Source of the DNA: Mytilus trossulus
Taxonomy: Eukaryota
Direction of reading: 5' to 3'
DNA length: 64,000 nucleotides
Assembly: GCF_036588685.1 (NCBI RefSeq)
Contig: NC_086378.1
Span: 67,642,001 to 67,706,000, forward strand
Both the position numbers and the translations under genes were made by a program. Shown in pieces: positions 39,801-52,895 of this stretch. The notes under the pieces are model-generated. The model saw only the letters and a list, made by a program, of their open reading frames with translations. It searched no databases and was not told where the DNA came from. Numbering within the stretch: position 1 is the first letter of the stretch; each line of letters begins with the position of its first letter.

Positions 39801-41980
39801 TTGTATAATGGTACACTGTGTCCTATCTTTTGTCTGTTTTAAGAGTATTAATGAGTATAAACTCATGATGTCTGTAAACTTTGGTATGTGTACCTCTATT
39901 TGTGGATACAAATTTAGTTTGAAATTTCGCTTACACTTCATATTTACGTTAATATTTATTTGTTAGTTCAAATGAAATAAAATAGAATACAACACCTTGT
40001 CAAATATTGGGGCCAACGCAATGCAGTCAAAGAGGTACGATTATGAAATATTCTTGATAATGCAAAGCTGACGGAGTTTTGGGTCGGACTATTTACCAAG
40101 ATGCTATATTTAGAAAGCCTTAAAATCAGAAATGAAGATGTTTAACTTTTCAGTACACAAAACTGTTATCTCTTTGATAATCAAATTATTTTAGATTGTT
40201 TCTTTGTTGACCATATTGTAAAATATTTTTAAATAAACTGATATAGAGATAACATCAGTTTGTTAAAATAGCACCTGTTAAATGTTGCATTGATATGAAT
40301 ACAAACTATTCAAGGTTTTAACATATTTTATGCCAGCGATATGAATTGTTGTATACTTCGAAAATATCATGTAATTGATAAATGAAGATTTAACAATAGT
40401 AGGAGAAGGATTTAATCCTGTAAACCAGTTATAACTTGTTTTTTAATTTCTTTTCTGTAGTCATTTATATAAATTAGTCCAGCATCATTTCCACTATTCC
40501 AATATTTCAGCGTTCCCGTGGTTTTATAAAGAATACTAAGAAAAGAAATACTCGAACCAATCATGACCTTTAAAATCCTATTATATATAAACGAAATCTG
40601 TATATGCTGTACAGATAAGAAATAAGGTTGCACCAAACAATAGCAAGTTTGACTATAGTTGTAATGATGACATTAAATTTGCATTGTTTGTTGTACAAAT
40701 TCAATTATACACTCTCTGTTATATGTTCTTTACGGTCCTGGTATTACCAATGTTATTTCAACTGATCGGGCGGAGCTTACGTTTAGATTTGCACAAGAAC
40801 AGTCTATTTGAAGATGTATGTGATAAGGATGATTGCCTTTATAATTATCATTGATATCTAATCACCTATCAGTGTCACTAAATGAATTTACAATGACCAT
40901 AACTGGACACTTCATTGGTGAGTTTATCCCAAAATACCTATCAGTAGATGGAGTGTTCAATGATGAGCGAACCGTTTTAACTCCGCCCAGTCATGTGAAA
41001 TAAATCAAGTAATACCTTGTCTGATTAGCACTATACACAGTGTTGTTATATTGTTTTACAATTTCACAATGAACGCCTTTACATAAAGAATGTATGTTTA
41101 TCATTTTGGATACACGAAACTACTATATCTTTGGTCACTTCAATTATTTAAAATTGTTTCTTTGTTAACTATATTGTTAAATTAACTTTGATAGGTATAA
41201 CATTAATTCTGGTACATTGACATGCATACAAAATATTAAAGGTCTTAGTGCAGGTTACATTCGAATGAGCTTCTTTATACATTGTTATACTTTGAAAACA
41301 TCAAGTAATTGAAATACTCAAATTTTACACAACGATTGGAGAAGGGGTTATTATAAGTTAAACCATGTAAACCTGATAATTTTAATTTTAATCTTACGGT
41401 AATCATACATGAAAATCATACATTTAAATTAGTTATCGACATAAATATCTCCACTATTGAAGCCGGAAGTGAAAAAGAGGGATTAAAGATACCAGAGAGA
41501 TATTCAAACTCATAAATCGAAAATAAACTGACAACAGCATGGCTAAAAATGAAAAAGACAAAGAGACAAACAATCGTCCTCATGACACAGCATAGAAAAC
41601 TAAAGAATTAGCAACACGCCATGGCTAAAAATGAAAAAGACAAAAAGACAAACAATAGTACACATGACACAACTGTTACATAGAAAACTAAAGAATAAGC
41701 AACACGAACCCGATATATTTGACTCATCTGCACTTTTTTTTACTAGTTACTATATCTTATATTAAATTGAATAAAATTATGTATATATTGTATATATAGA
41801 AAAAGATTTCTTTTTGTAAATGTTGTTTGTGCTGTATTTAGGCCGCTCTAGAAATTTGCACACGTATAAAAATTGCGATTTTTAATAGCCAACGCAATCA
41901 TAGTGTTGAACGTTGTTCTCAATTTAGACTTGTTTGTACAATGTATATACATATACGTATGCGTACTTTTTCCAATTACG

Positions 41981-42680
41981 CATACGGTCGGACCGTACGC
42001 GTACGGTCTGATTGATATTAAGAAGTTTATTAGATACATATGTATATAACAGATCAACATAACTAATATATCCAATTAATATAAAAAGTACAACAGCATT
42101 TGACATAAAAACTTAATATTTTAACTATTTAAAAAGATCACATTTATTTAATCTGTTAATCTCCTGTGTTTTGCAGGCCAATATTTCATTAATTGCAGCT
42201 CAGTAACTGCTTATTCATGTTATTGAAATAAGTAAACATAATGTGGGATGAAAATTGTTTTAGAATATTTATGAACTTTACAAAAGAAATGCATACGCAA
42301 AGAACATGCATTAACAAAACATTTAAATGTAAAAAAAATACGACGTTCTTATAAGAAGCAAGTGTCACCTTCGACCAGAGTAACAAAATAGAATTCACGG
42401 ATATACAATTAAACAAATATTTAATTTTATTTGTTCGCTTATTACCTTTATCCATCTTTTTTGTAATAATAACAATTTGTATAACTAAAAATAAAGATTT
42501 TGATAAATGTTTGTTTTAAATTTAACCAATATGATTCCAAAACATGTATGATCAGCTGGACCGTACGCGTATAATCATACGGTCCGACCGTACGCGTATG
42601 GTCGGACCGTACGAGTATACGTATACGGTCCGGACCGTAAGCGTACGGTCCAAATACTCATATGGTCTGGAACATATATA
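41981..42680. mobile_element. Truncated relative of the 11088-12068 MITE family
   Basis: GACCGTACGCGTACGGTC palindromic units at 41981-42008 and 42558-42650; right terminus AAATACTCATATGGTCTGGAACATATA. Confidence 0.7.
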
Positions 42681-43119
42681 TTGCCAACATATAAATCTAC
42701 TTTTTTTTATTGATAGACAATAAACAATATGTTATTGGCCCAAACGCATTTACAACAAATGGTATAGACCGAATGGATATACATGTTAGTAAAATACAAA
42801 CAATTTTATATAATGTGAATAAGAAATTAAAGGTATAATGAAAATCTATTGCAATAGATTAGTTCTTACATATTTCACAAATTCCTTGATCTCTGGGCAC
42901 TTTTAGTACATATCTGCAAGGCTATGAGCACTAACTCTTAATTTACACAATGATGATCGATCTGATATATTTCTTAAAGCATCAACATAAGTTGCACGGT
43001 CACTCATTTGTAAACACTCTGGAAAAATGTTATTTATTTTATGATATATATTTGGTCGAATTAATTATTTTTTCAGTTCAATAAAGTGTGCTTGCTGTGA
43101 TTCTCTCAGGACAAAAGAC

Positions 43120-44470
43120 ATGGAGGAAAAGGCCCAAAAAGGTGTTAAGGGTTTAGGAAAAGGACTGGGCGCGGCTGAAGATGCAGCTGGTGTTGTGGAA
43201 GGTGTAGCCCAATTCTCAGGGGCAGGAGATGTTGCTGATGTAGCTGGAGAACTTGGGGATGGAGCTGATATAGGAGTCGATGCAGCTGATATTGGATCGG
43301 GATGTTGTATGTTATTAAATATCAATTGTATCTTTTTATTCGAATGCTTTGAAATAAAATTAACAAATTAAGAAACACTTGAAATGAACTTGAAAACGAC
43401 AGAACAGAACTAAAAATAGTGATTAATATCCAGTCTTTAGATTCGTATGAAAAAAAACTAAAACACAGATAGATGGCCACCAAAAGCAAAACATATGACA
43501 ACATATGACAATATGTTCCATCTGTATACAATACATCAACAAAGAAGCAAAGACAATTGCTAATCTGTAAAAGAACCAGGAAGTTGATTTACACTTACAT
43601 TGTTCCACGTTTGCCTTATACTCATGGAAACTAGGGATGATACCTTGTTAATATGCTATAATTATTTATCCTTTTTTTAACCTTATCCGAATTTTTTTGG
43701 GACAAAGTAACAATCCGTGGGAGGACGTGCCAACCTACCTGGACACGTTATTCCGACTTCGATTCAATAGTCCGCAGTGTTCTTTCCCTACGCAGACACA
43801 TTATTCTTACTTCTAGCCAATTATTCTTACTTCTAGCCAATTATTCTTACTTCTAGCCAGTCTTTCCTCTTATTTCATAGTGCCGTTTGCGCAAATACAC
43901 ATTTTTTCAAGTCTTTGTTAGTTACGCCTGGTCATGGATTCGAGCTCAATAACTCCCGCACTCGAGTGCAGCAAACAACGAAGCAATTTGTACTTTAAGG
44001 CAGAGAATTTGGTACATTACATTTTATCATAATTATGTGGCATAGAATAAATAGATTCTAGCATATCATTATTCAATTCAGTACAAATGCATAATTGTTG
44101 AATAAACAAACTAGTACACTTCATTCAAGAAAAATATGTCATATATGTTATCATATATGTGAGATGGTTTTGAATGTCTGGATCACTTATGGTACATGTA
44201 ACATATGTGTGCAGACCAGTAAGAATTGGTTTGACACAATGACAAATATTTGGAAAACAATACTCGCTTGCTTTTATATGCTGTTTCTACAGAACCCCAA
44301 ATAAATTAAACCTAGCCTATTACTAATTATCATTGGATAGTACATGTTGCATTTATTTGATTATTTTTTTTTTAGTTCAATGTTTTTCAAAGAAGAAAAG
44401 CTCAAAGGTAAAGCATAGTGACAAAAAGGATGACGACAAGACTGGCAAGAAAGAGTCAGAAAGTACATAA
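43120..44470 (+). CDS. Novel 93-aa Gly/Ala/acidic + CFQC + polybasic micro-protein B; exons 43120-43306 and 44376-44470
   Basis: MEEKAQKGVKGLGKGLGAAEDAAGVVEGVAQFSGAGDVADVAGELGDGADIGVDAADIGSGC-FQCFSKKKSSKVKHSDKKDDDKTGKKESEST*. GC-rich coding-like island with ACATGG start context, donor T|GTATGT, acceptor ttttttttag|TT, upstream acceptor at 43075-43076. Confidence 0.72.
43801..43859. repeat. 20-bp tandem repeat x3
   Basis: TTATTCTTACTTCTAGCCAA x3. Confidence 0.9.
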
Positions 44471-45431
44471 CCGCTAAAGTAAAACTACACAGTCAAACAC
44501 AAGTATATCAGGACTCATTCGGATTACAATCATAATTGTGAGGGAACTCAAAACAACTTGTAGCTGCTTTGAAGCTACTTCCATATTCGGATTTATAGAT
44601 ATAGTTGTAGAAATAATTGGGTTTTTTTTGTTTTTCTTTTTGCAGAAAATAATGTTAAATATCAGTTTTACTGTACATATATTTACAAGGAGGGGTATTT
44701 TAACTTTAGAAATAATAATCATGGCGTACATGTATTTATCAATTCAGAAACAACTGGACGAGCCTCGTAATGAATAAACACTAACATTAAAGTTTTAGAA
44801 TTAATGTTATAATTAAAACATGTGCATGTGATATATAATGTATATGCCTCTATTATTGTTGTTGTTACCAATTATATAAATCAAATAAATCAATTGTATC
44901 TGATTTTATGCCCTTTATGGGCCCTGTAATTTGGGAAACAAAAATATTCTATTCTATTCTATTCTATTCTATTCTATAATGAATCTCATAATTCTGTCCA
45001 GGCTTAATGATTTGAAATTATCTTATCAATGCATTTACATTTTTTAATATATTTTTACAATTATGTTTTTATAAGAATAAAAAAAGGTATGGATAAAAGC
45101 CTAAACATCGTTGAAGATTATGTGTTGGTTTAGACAGCAATCAAACGACACGAAAATCATAAACATGCGCGAGTGGTCAAACTACGATTTTCAATAATAA
45201 ACAAGTTGTAGCGTTAAACTATTCGTCGAGATCTATATCATAAAAATTAATTCTCTGTCAGTGGGATAACAAAATGCACATACAACGAGCTTACAATCGA
45301 AGGGTTGGCATAGTACTAAGAAATAAGTTCTGAACTCAACTGAACCAATAATGCTGCCCAAATTCAAAATAGTAAAATAAGGAAATGTGGCATGATTGTC
45401 TATAAGATTGAAGGCCGTACGGTGCCCTATA

Positions 45432-47393
45432 TATAAAAGAAGATGTGGTATGATTGCCAATGAGACAACTGTCCACAAGAGACCAAAATGACACAGACAT
45501 TATCATCTATAGGTCACCGTATGGCCTTCAACAATGAGCAAAGCCCATATCGCATAGTCAGCTATAAAATGCCCCGTTAAGACAATGTTAAACAATCCAA
45601 ACGAGAAAACTAACGGTCTTATTTATATATAAAAAAAAATGAACGAAAATCAAATATCTAACACATAAACAAACGACAACAACTGAAGTACAGGCTGCTG
45701 ACTTGAGACAGGCACATACATGCATAATGTGGCGGGGTTAAACATGTTAGAGGGATCCCCCTAACCTGGGACAGTGGTAAATCAGAACAACATAAGAACG
45801 AACTTTAAAAATCAGTTGAAAAGGGCGAAACTCATCAGATGGACAAAAATACAAGTGGACGTGGCTGGGTGCTTGTACATTCCGACACAAAAAGACACAA
45901 TGAGCAGATCTGAGAGTACTCTGACAGCTAGTTCAAAGCCACTAACAACTAAACACAAAAAAATACACAAAAAAATGAGAAAAAAAACATGCATCTTAGA
46001 CTAAACTATCAATCCGTACACATTCAACATCCAATGGATTTAGTGTAAAGACGTTATTAACAGCCAGAGAAAATATGACCTTGTGCAATGAATAGGTAAT
46101 CTTTAAGAATAAGTTTATTTAAAGGAGCAACAAGTTTACATTAATCATTTCTAAACCGAGGACGGTAAACAACATTTCCGTAAAAATGAGGATGTGCTAT
46201 CCCGTTTGAAATAAGTTTTCTACAGGTACAACCAAAACAATATTCAATGTTCTTATTACAGTGTAAATAGGTATGGAAAAATTTAGTAAAGGTTTTAAGT
46301 AATTTATGGTAACGATATCCCTGGTTTGATAATTTACCAGTAATATATAAATTGCGTTCGTTTATTAAAATCAAAAACGTCACAACAGACACGGGCATAG
46401 CGAACGAGCTGTGAAAAATAAACACCGTAAGATGGTGCCAAAGGAACATCACCATCTAAAAATGAAAAATTAACAAAAATGAGCGAAAAATCGTCTCTTT
46501 TGCCGTAAAATTTAGTGTGGAGTTTCCCGTTTAAAACCAAAATATCTAAATCCAAGAAAGGACAGTTATTACCGAATAAATTTGATTTATTTAAAGTAAG
46601 TTCCTTGAGGTAAATTTTAGCAATACTAGAACACACCCGTGATATCGCGGGTCCGTGACTGAATTAAAGTATATAACTATGCGCTAGACTTTTTTTGTAT
46701 TAATATTGTCATCTGATAAAGTCATGCCGATTATAAGATAGTTATCACAGTTTTCTCTGCTTTCAAATCTTTCTGTTTGAACCCGTCTAACTGGAACTTA
46801 TCAATTATTGGTAATATTGATTATTTGGAAAACAAAAGGTCCTGGGATGGAGTATTTTTTTCATCAACAGTATTGTCATATATTAGTTATAAATAAAGTT
46901 GAATTCTTTGATTCGCTGTTTTACGTCATGCCCGCTAACAAATTGAAAACTGTACCTATACGCCTTATTTCTAGTATTCGTATAGTTATCTTATAAAGTC
47001 TTTCTGATTAAAATACTACAATAGGTAACAATTTGACAATTTAGTAGTGTCAACCCTGTGATTGTGACCCGTGTGTATAGCATATGCTGAATACACCGTT
47101 TGGTGGTGCGCCTGTCAAATGCAGAACGTACAGATAAGGTAATAGGTAACAGATGAATATACTATTTGTATCAGTATCGGACTCGACCCGGAACTTCTTA
47201 ATTATTGGCAATATTAATTACGTGGAAAACAAAAGGGCCTGGAGTGGTGAAATTTTTAACCTACACCTTTGTACTATATTAGTTATATATAAAATTTAAA
47301 TCTTTGATTCGTCGTTTTTACGTGATGACGGCTGACAAATTGGACCTCGTAATTTTTAGTATTATAGATATTGAGAAAATTCTTGATTATTTA
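45432..47393 (-). mobile_element. Degenerate 5'-truncated Penelope-like retroelement (RT C-terminal part ~46141-46625 + 47369-47393, then its non-coding 3' region), interrupted by a Helitron
   Basis: NNQEFSQY|IAKIYLKELTLNKSN...CPFLDLDI...LHTKFYGKRDDFS...VNFSFLDGDVPLAPSYGVYFSQLVRYARVC, then a frameshift to NERNLYITGKLSNQGYRYHKLLKTFTKFF. This matches the PLE RT thumb/HTH pattern YDKRDDF..VNFP..YGVYISQLIRYAR. Fragments similar to the 3' region recur across the window. Confidence 0.8.
46626..47368 (-). mobile_element. Non-autonomous Helitron, 743 bp
   Basis: Minus strand: A|TCTATAATAC...CCCGCGATATCACGGG (subterminal hairpin) TGTGTT CTAG|T. 5'-TC and 3'-CTAG termini, inserted between A and T with no TSD. 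Removing it restores the PLE reading frame. Confidence 0.88.
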
Positions 47394-49507
47394 ACGAAAA
47401 AATATCATCAAGATAACGGTAAGTTTTGTTGAATTTACCAATTAAATGCAGTTTCGACGGGTCTCTACTGAGTTTAATCATAAACTGTGATTCGTAACAG
47501 TACAACAAGTTTGCTATTAAAAGGGCACAAATAAGGTTCCATGGGGATACCTACAACCTGTGGATGAACTTTGCCAAGTTGCCGAAACGTACATAAATAT
47601 TATCAAGGAGTATATTTGTTAATTTCTGTGTCAATTTGGTATCTTGTGGAGAGTTGTCTCATTGGCAAGCAGACCACATCTTCATTTTTTATATATAGGA
47701 CGGCAATGTGTCCAAATAAAGCTCATGTAAGCAACAATATGACACTGTATGGTCCCGGAAAGTGCGTAAAATCCATACCTTAATGTAGTCAGCTAAAAAT
47801 TAAATATCACGACATAACAAAATATAAAATAGTTCATACGAAAAGACCAACAATTGAAAACGAAAAATGAATACATGTACCGAACCAATGTCAACCACCT
47901 GAATAATTTCGGATAGGCACATACCAATAATATAGATAGTGGCTGGATTAAACAAGATTTGGGCACTGAACTACCCCCACGAATCGGGGAAGTTATGTAA
48001 AAGCACAACATCAGAACTAACAGTAAAAATCAGTTGGAAATGGTATGACTGTCAGATCGACACAAAGCACAAAAACAACTAACATTAAGACTAAAGATCT
48101 AGACAAAGTACCACTTTGAAAGTTAGTACAAAGAAAATATCAACTAAAACATAATGCATATTGTCCCTGAATCACGCACATTGGCGTTGTATTATATTAA
48201 AAGAATAATTATCCAATGTCGTCTAAGCTCCTTGTTTATTTCAACATATCTGAATTAATTGTGACACTATTCTAATTATTGGTATTTTGCTTTTAGTGTA
48301 TAATAAAGACATAAATTTAATGTGGCATCTGCATAAAGCTTTCATTTTCAAACAGACTTTTGTCACTTTTAGCTCACATATGTACAGATACACCTATTAA
48401 GCAATAGCATCTGTAATTGAATGAGATCGGTCATTGCAAACTAAACTACATCAAGGTTGTTGTTTTTTGTGTCCAAAAAAAGTTTTTGTAATTGTTAAAA
48501 TTTCCCCTTGCATTACAGTCACTCTCTTCGAAAATTTGTTATAACATTTGGGTTTTGTGATAAATAAGACTACTCATAACATGTACTCCAGTTAATGTGC
48601 ACAATCAAACACTGATTGATTTCATTTGATATTTTATAGTGTGTCTTTCTATGGTGTGATATTTCACTATTGTTTCAGATGTAGGGTGAAGGTTTGGTAG
48701 CATTAAAACGTTTAAACCCGCTGCACTTGTCTGCACCTGTCCTAAGTCGGGAATCTGATGTTTGGTAGTTGTCGTTTGTTGATGTGGTTCATATGTGTTT
48801 CTCGTTTCTTGACTTTTTTATATATAGATAAGACCATTGGTTTTCCCTTTTTAAATGGTTTTTCACTAGTTCTTTTCATGGCCGTTTATAGCTTGCTGTT
48901 CGGTTTGATCCGAGGCTTCGTGTTGAAGACCGTTCTTTGACCTATGATTGTTTACTTTTATAAATTGTGACGTGAACGGTGAGTTGTTTTATTGGCACTC
49001 ATACCACAACTTCTTATATCTATTAGTTTCAACAAATTTCATTTTTATTTTTTATTTTTTTTTTATAGTGGACCTCTCATTCGAGGAAAATATTTTGTTA
49101 ACTATAAGGAAATCACAGGAGCATGACTGTATCGGGTCCCTTTTTATGGCAGTCAGTGACGCTACCTTTATAAAAAGTGTTGAATCCACCACTGATGCAT
49201 TATACATGTTATACATGTAGATATATCATTATTCAAACAGGTTCATGATGTATATATATATGTCGTGTACAAGTTGCGATTTTGTACAGGTTATAACATG
49301 TACAAAAATGTTGTACATGTTATAACTTGTATAATGCAAAAATAAAAGTTATAACATGTACAAAAGTACCTCGTACATGTTATAACCTGTACAAAATATT
49401 GCTTAAAAATGGTTTTAACTTGTACAAAATAAAAAAAATAAGGATATGTTTCTATCATCGCAACAGATGTTATTAGCCTCAATAATATTTTAATAATTGT
49501 TTTATTA

Positions 49508-50497
49508 TACTATAGATCCTGGTTTATTCCTACATACATAACAGTCGGTGGGACTATAGAAGGATACTATAGATCATGGATGCATTCCCACATACATATT
49601 ATTTGGTGGGACTATAGTAGGATACTATAGATCCTGGTTTATTCCTACATACATAACAGTCGGTGGGACTATAGTAGGATACTATAGATCATGGTTTATT
49701 CCCACATACATATCATTTTGTTGGATATACATATATATATCAAAATTGCGGTTTTTATCCAACGCAGTCATAGGTTTGAACGTAGTTTTCAATTTAGACT
49801 CGTAAATATAAAAATATATACAACTCGTCTTTACATCATCCCTATATCATTTATAGGGAAATATATTACCGCAAATGGGACGATAGCGGAATAAAATTGA
49901 TCAAAGTATATTGTCATGTATCAATTGTTTATAAAGTTGGACAAATGCGAGGACGGAATAAAGTATATGCAGTTAATGCTTATGTTTTTTAAATGTGAAC
50001 AAAGAATCAATAAAAAAAAAATGATAAAAACAAATAAATATAGAATTATTTTCTCACTCGCGTTTTGGTTTTATCGAAAAAGGCTGCAGATTTTTATTCT
50101 TCACAACAAAGTTTATAAAACAAAATTACCGGCGTAAAGGAATATTATATTTTTGTCATAAGCTTTATTCCGTTCTCGCATCCGGTGTACAACATATCAT
50201 TTGGTGGGACTATAGAAGGATACTATAGATCATGGTTTATTCCCACATACATATCATTTGGTGGGACTATAGAAGGATACTATAGATCATTTTTTATTTC
50301 CACATACATAACAGTCGGTTGGACTAAAGTATGATACTATAGATCATGGTTTATTTCCACATACATAAAAGTCGGTGGGATTATAGTATGATACTATAAA
50401 TCATGGTTTATTCCCACATACATAACAGTCAGTGGTATTATAGTAAGATACTATAGGTCATGGTTTATTCCCACATACATCCTGGTTTATTCCCACA
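49508..50497. repeat. ~57-bp minisatellite arrays (49508-49715 and ~50195-50497)
   Basis: Unit ATACTATAGATCATGGTTTATTCCCACATACATAACAGTCGGTGGGACTATAGTAGG repeated about 3.5 and 5.5 times; internal CCCAC/GTGGG hairpin. Confidence 0.85.
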
Positions 50498-50512
50498 CAT
50501 ATATATATATAT

Positions 50513-50985
50513 AAATTTACAGATCTAACATTGTTGGGTTGATGTTTAGACGAGTTGTATAAATATACATTATGTACACAACCATGTATCACCATACATA
50601 TATATGTAGGGTTGTCACTGACTCAGACGTACTTATGAATATAATTATTTTCTGTGACTGTATCTTACATTAATTTGTAGGATCCTTTACTATAGATAAT
50701 TTAGCTGATCTGTAACAATAACATCTGCATGCCTTATATATCATGTACTGTAGTACGCCGCTAGATTAAAACTGACGTGGAAAGGTAACACATGCCCACC
50801 GAAAGCTCTTTTTTGAGAGCCCAGGTGGTCGTGTGGTATAGCGGGACGGCTGCAGTGCAGGCGATTTGGTGTCACGATATCACAGTAGCATGGGTTCGAA
50901 TCCCGGCGAGGGAAGAACCAAAAATTTGCGAAAGCAAATTTACAGATCTAACATTGTTGGGTTGATGTTTAGACGAGTTGTATAT
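50513..50985 (+). mobile_element. tRNA-derived SINE-like repeat, copy 1 (pol III A/B boxes ~50819-50915), flanked by (TA)n
   Basis: TGGTCGTGTGG (A box-like) and GGTTCGAATCC (B box); direct repeat AAATTTACAGATCTAACATTGTTGGG at 50513 and 50936; near-identical second copy at 52299-52720. Confidence 0.7.
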
Positions 50986-51150
50986 ATATATTTGTTTGGG
51001 CATGTATCATATTTTCCCTCCGGTTTATATGATCCGTTCATCCTATATATTGACTCTTAAAATTCAAGAGTTAATCTAAAAATGAGGGTACTTTGTCTAA
51101 AAATGAGGGTGCTTTTTATATGGCCTTCCAAATACCGTTTCGATCCCTAA

Positions 51151-51192
51151 CATCACTGAAGAGACATTTATTGTCGAAATCCGGATATGGTG
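51151..51192 (+). ncRNA. Second-family minimal type I hammerhead ribozyme
   Basis: CATCA-CTGAAGA-GACA tttat TGTC-GAAAT-CCGG-ATA^TGGTG: CUGANGA/GAAA core, all three stems pair, AUA triplet. Confidence 0.75.
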
Positions 51193-52298
51193 TACTAAAG
51201 AAATATTGACACCGAATGTTTGTGGCACAACATCCTGTCCACAAGTTAACAATTTTTTTTTCTGTGACGTATTAAATTTATGATAAGATCCATTTTGCTA
51301 CAACCTGTGATCAATTTTATTTGGCAATCGCCAATGGCAGTCAGCAGGGTTAAAGAATATCAGTTGTTCGACCTGTTAGTCAAATGCGTTTTGTTTAAAT
51401 ATACTTTTTCACTCTTTTGGTCTTTTGGAAAATGTTGTTTGTGCTGTTTTTATACCCTTCTACAACGAAATTTGTTTGACATGCACACGTATAGAAATTG
51501 CGGTTTTTATCCAACGCAGTCATAGGTTTGAACGTAGTTTTCAATTTAGACTCGTTTATATATGTATATATATATATAAAATGACTGAATAAATAGTCAA
51601 CGATCAATTTAATATGATTCTGTACATTACAAAATATAATATATAACAAGTCAAAAAGGGTACAACATCACCATTAAATAACTATAAAATATACAAATAT
51701 TAGATATTTCGGATAACAGATATCCTTCTTCAATAATAGCACGATGTCAAATGAATCATGTCAATTCAAATTGAGACTCTATCAAAATCTTGATTTATAC
51801 AATTTAAGCGAACGCTGGAACAATTTTAAAATTTCCAAACACACCGCAAAGACTACAGAAATATGCCAAAAATAAAAATAGTTATTTACGATGTGAAATG
51901 GCACAACTCTAGATTTCCAAAGGATGTGACAGTTGAGATGTAATAACTGCAGTGAGGGCAGTCCTCAAACAAAAAAATAAAAAAAATCAAAAATGTCCTA
52001 ACCGATCCAGGATGGTATAAAGTAGACAACGGTAGGGCAATTACAACGGAAACTACATATTAAAGCCTTCCAAACGAATAGCAGTCTAATAGAGATTGAA
52101 AAAATGAGTTTTGTATCATGAGGTAAAATAATTGAACGTGGCAACGTACTTATACATCATCCCGAATCAATGAAAACCTGTAATTTAAACGGTTATTTTA
52201 AAAATAATTTCGAACTGTAAAGCCAGTACTAAATCAGGCGTTGTTTGAAACAGGTGGTTAAGGGAAAATGAGGGACTCGTTCTATGTTTTTTGCCAGT

Positions 52299-52720
52299 CC
52301 TTTACTATAGATAATTTAGCTGATCTGTAACAATAACATCTTGAAGTTCATGCCTTATATATCATGTACTGTAGTACGCCGCTATATTAAAACTGACGTA
52401 GAAAGGTAACATACGGCCAGTGAAAGCTCTTTTTTTGAGAGCCCAGCTGGTCGTGTGGTCTAGCGGGACGGCTGCAGTGCAGGCGATTTGGTGTCACGAT
52501 ATCACAGTAGCATGGGTTCGAATCCCGGCGAGGGAAGAACCAAAAATTTGCGAAAGCAAATTTACAGATCTAACATTGTTGGGTTGATGTTTAGACGAGT
52601 TGTATATACATTATGTACACAGCCATGTATCACCATCATTGATGGCGATCCAATGGATACATCTGTTGTAGAATTGTCACTGACTCAGACGTACTTATAT
52701 ATATATATATATATATATCA
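52299..52720 (+). mobile_element. tRNA-derived SINE-like repeat, copy 2
   Basis: Near-identical to 50684-50985; A/B boxes at ~52448-52525; ends in (TA)n. Confidence 0.7.
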
Positions 52721-52895
52721 TTCGGTGGGACATATATTACCGAAAATGGGACGATAGCAGGATAAAATTGATTCTCGCATCGCAATTTTTAAAGAATGAA
52801 TCTTATAGATATAATCATGGTTTAGTCCCACCTCTTATTATGCTAATGAAGTATTTTTCCGTATGGGTGGGATTAAACCATGATTATATATAAAC

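Noticed and set aside
43065-43325. Minus-strand Pro/Ser/Ala-rich ORF (and the similar 33424-33618 and 60681-61013)
   Set aside because: Antisense shadows of plus-strand coding exons, which have the proper splice signals
49508-50497. Regularly spaced ~57-bp repeats as a CRISPR array
   Set aside because: Units are contiguous with no unique spacers, there are no cas genes, and the context is eukaryotic: a minisatellite
50819-50915. Functional tRNA gene (also 52440-52535)
   Set aside because: A and B boxes are present, but the acceptor stem does not pair, the central region is over-long, and it is embedded in a duplicated repeat: tRNA-derived SINE-like
50866-52757. Duplicated ORFs MVSRYHSSMGSNPGEGR... 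as a gene pair
   Set aside because: They are translations of the two SINE-like copies and start at TTG
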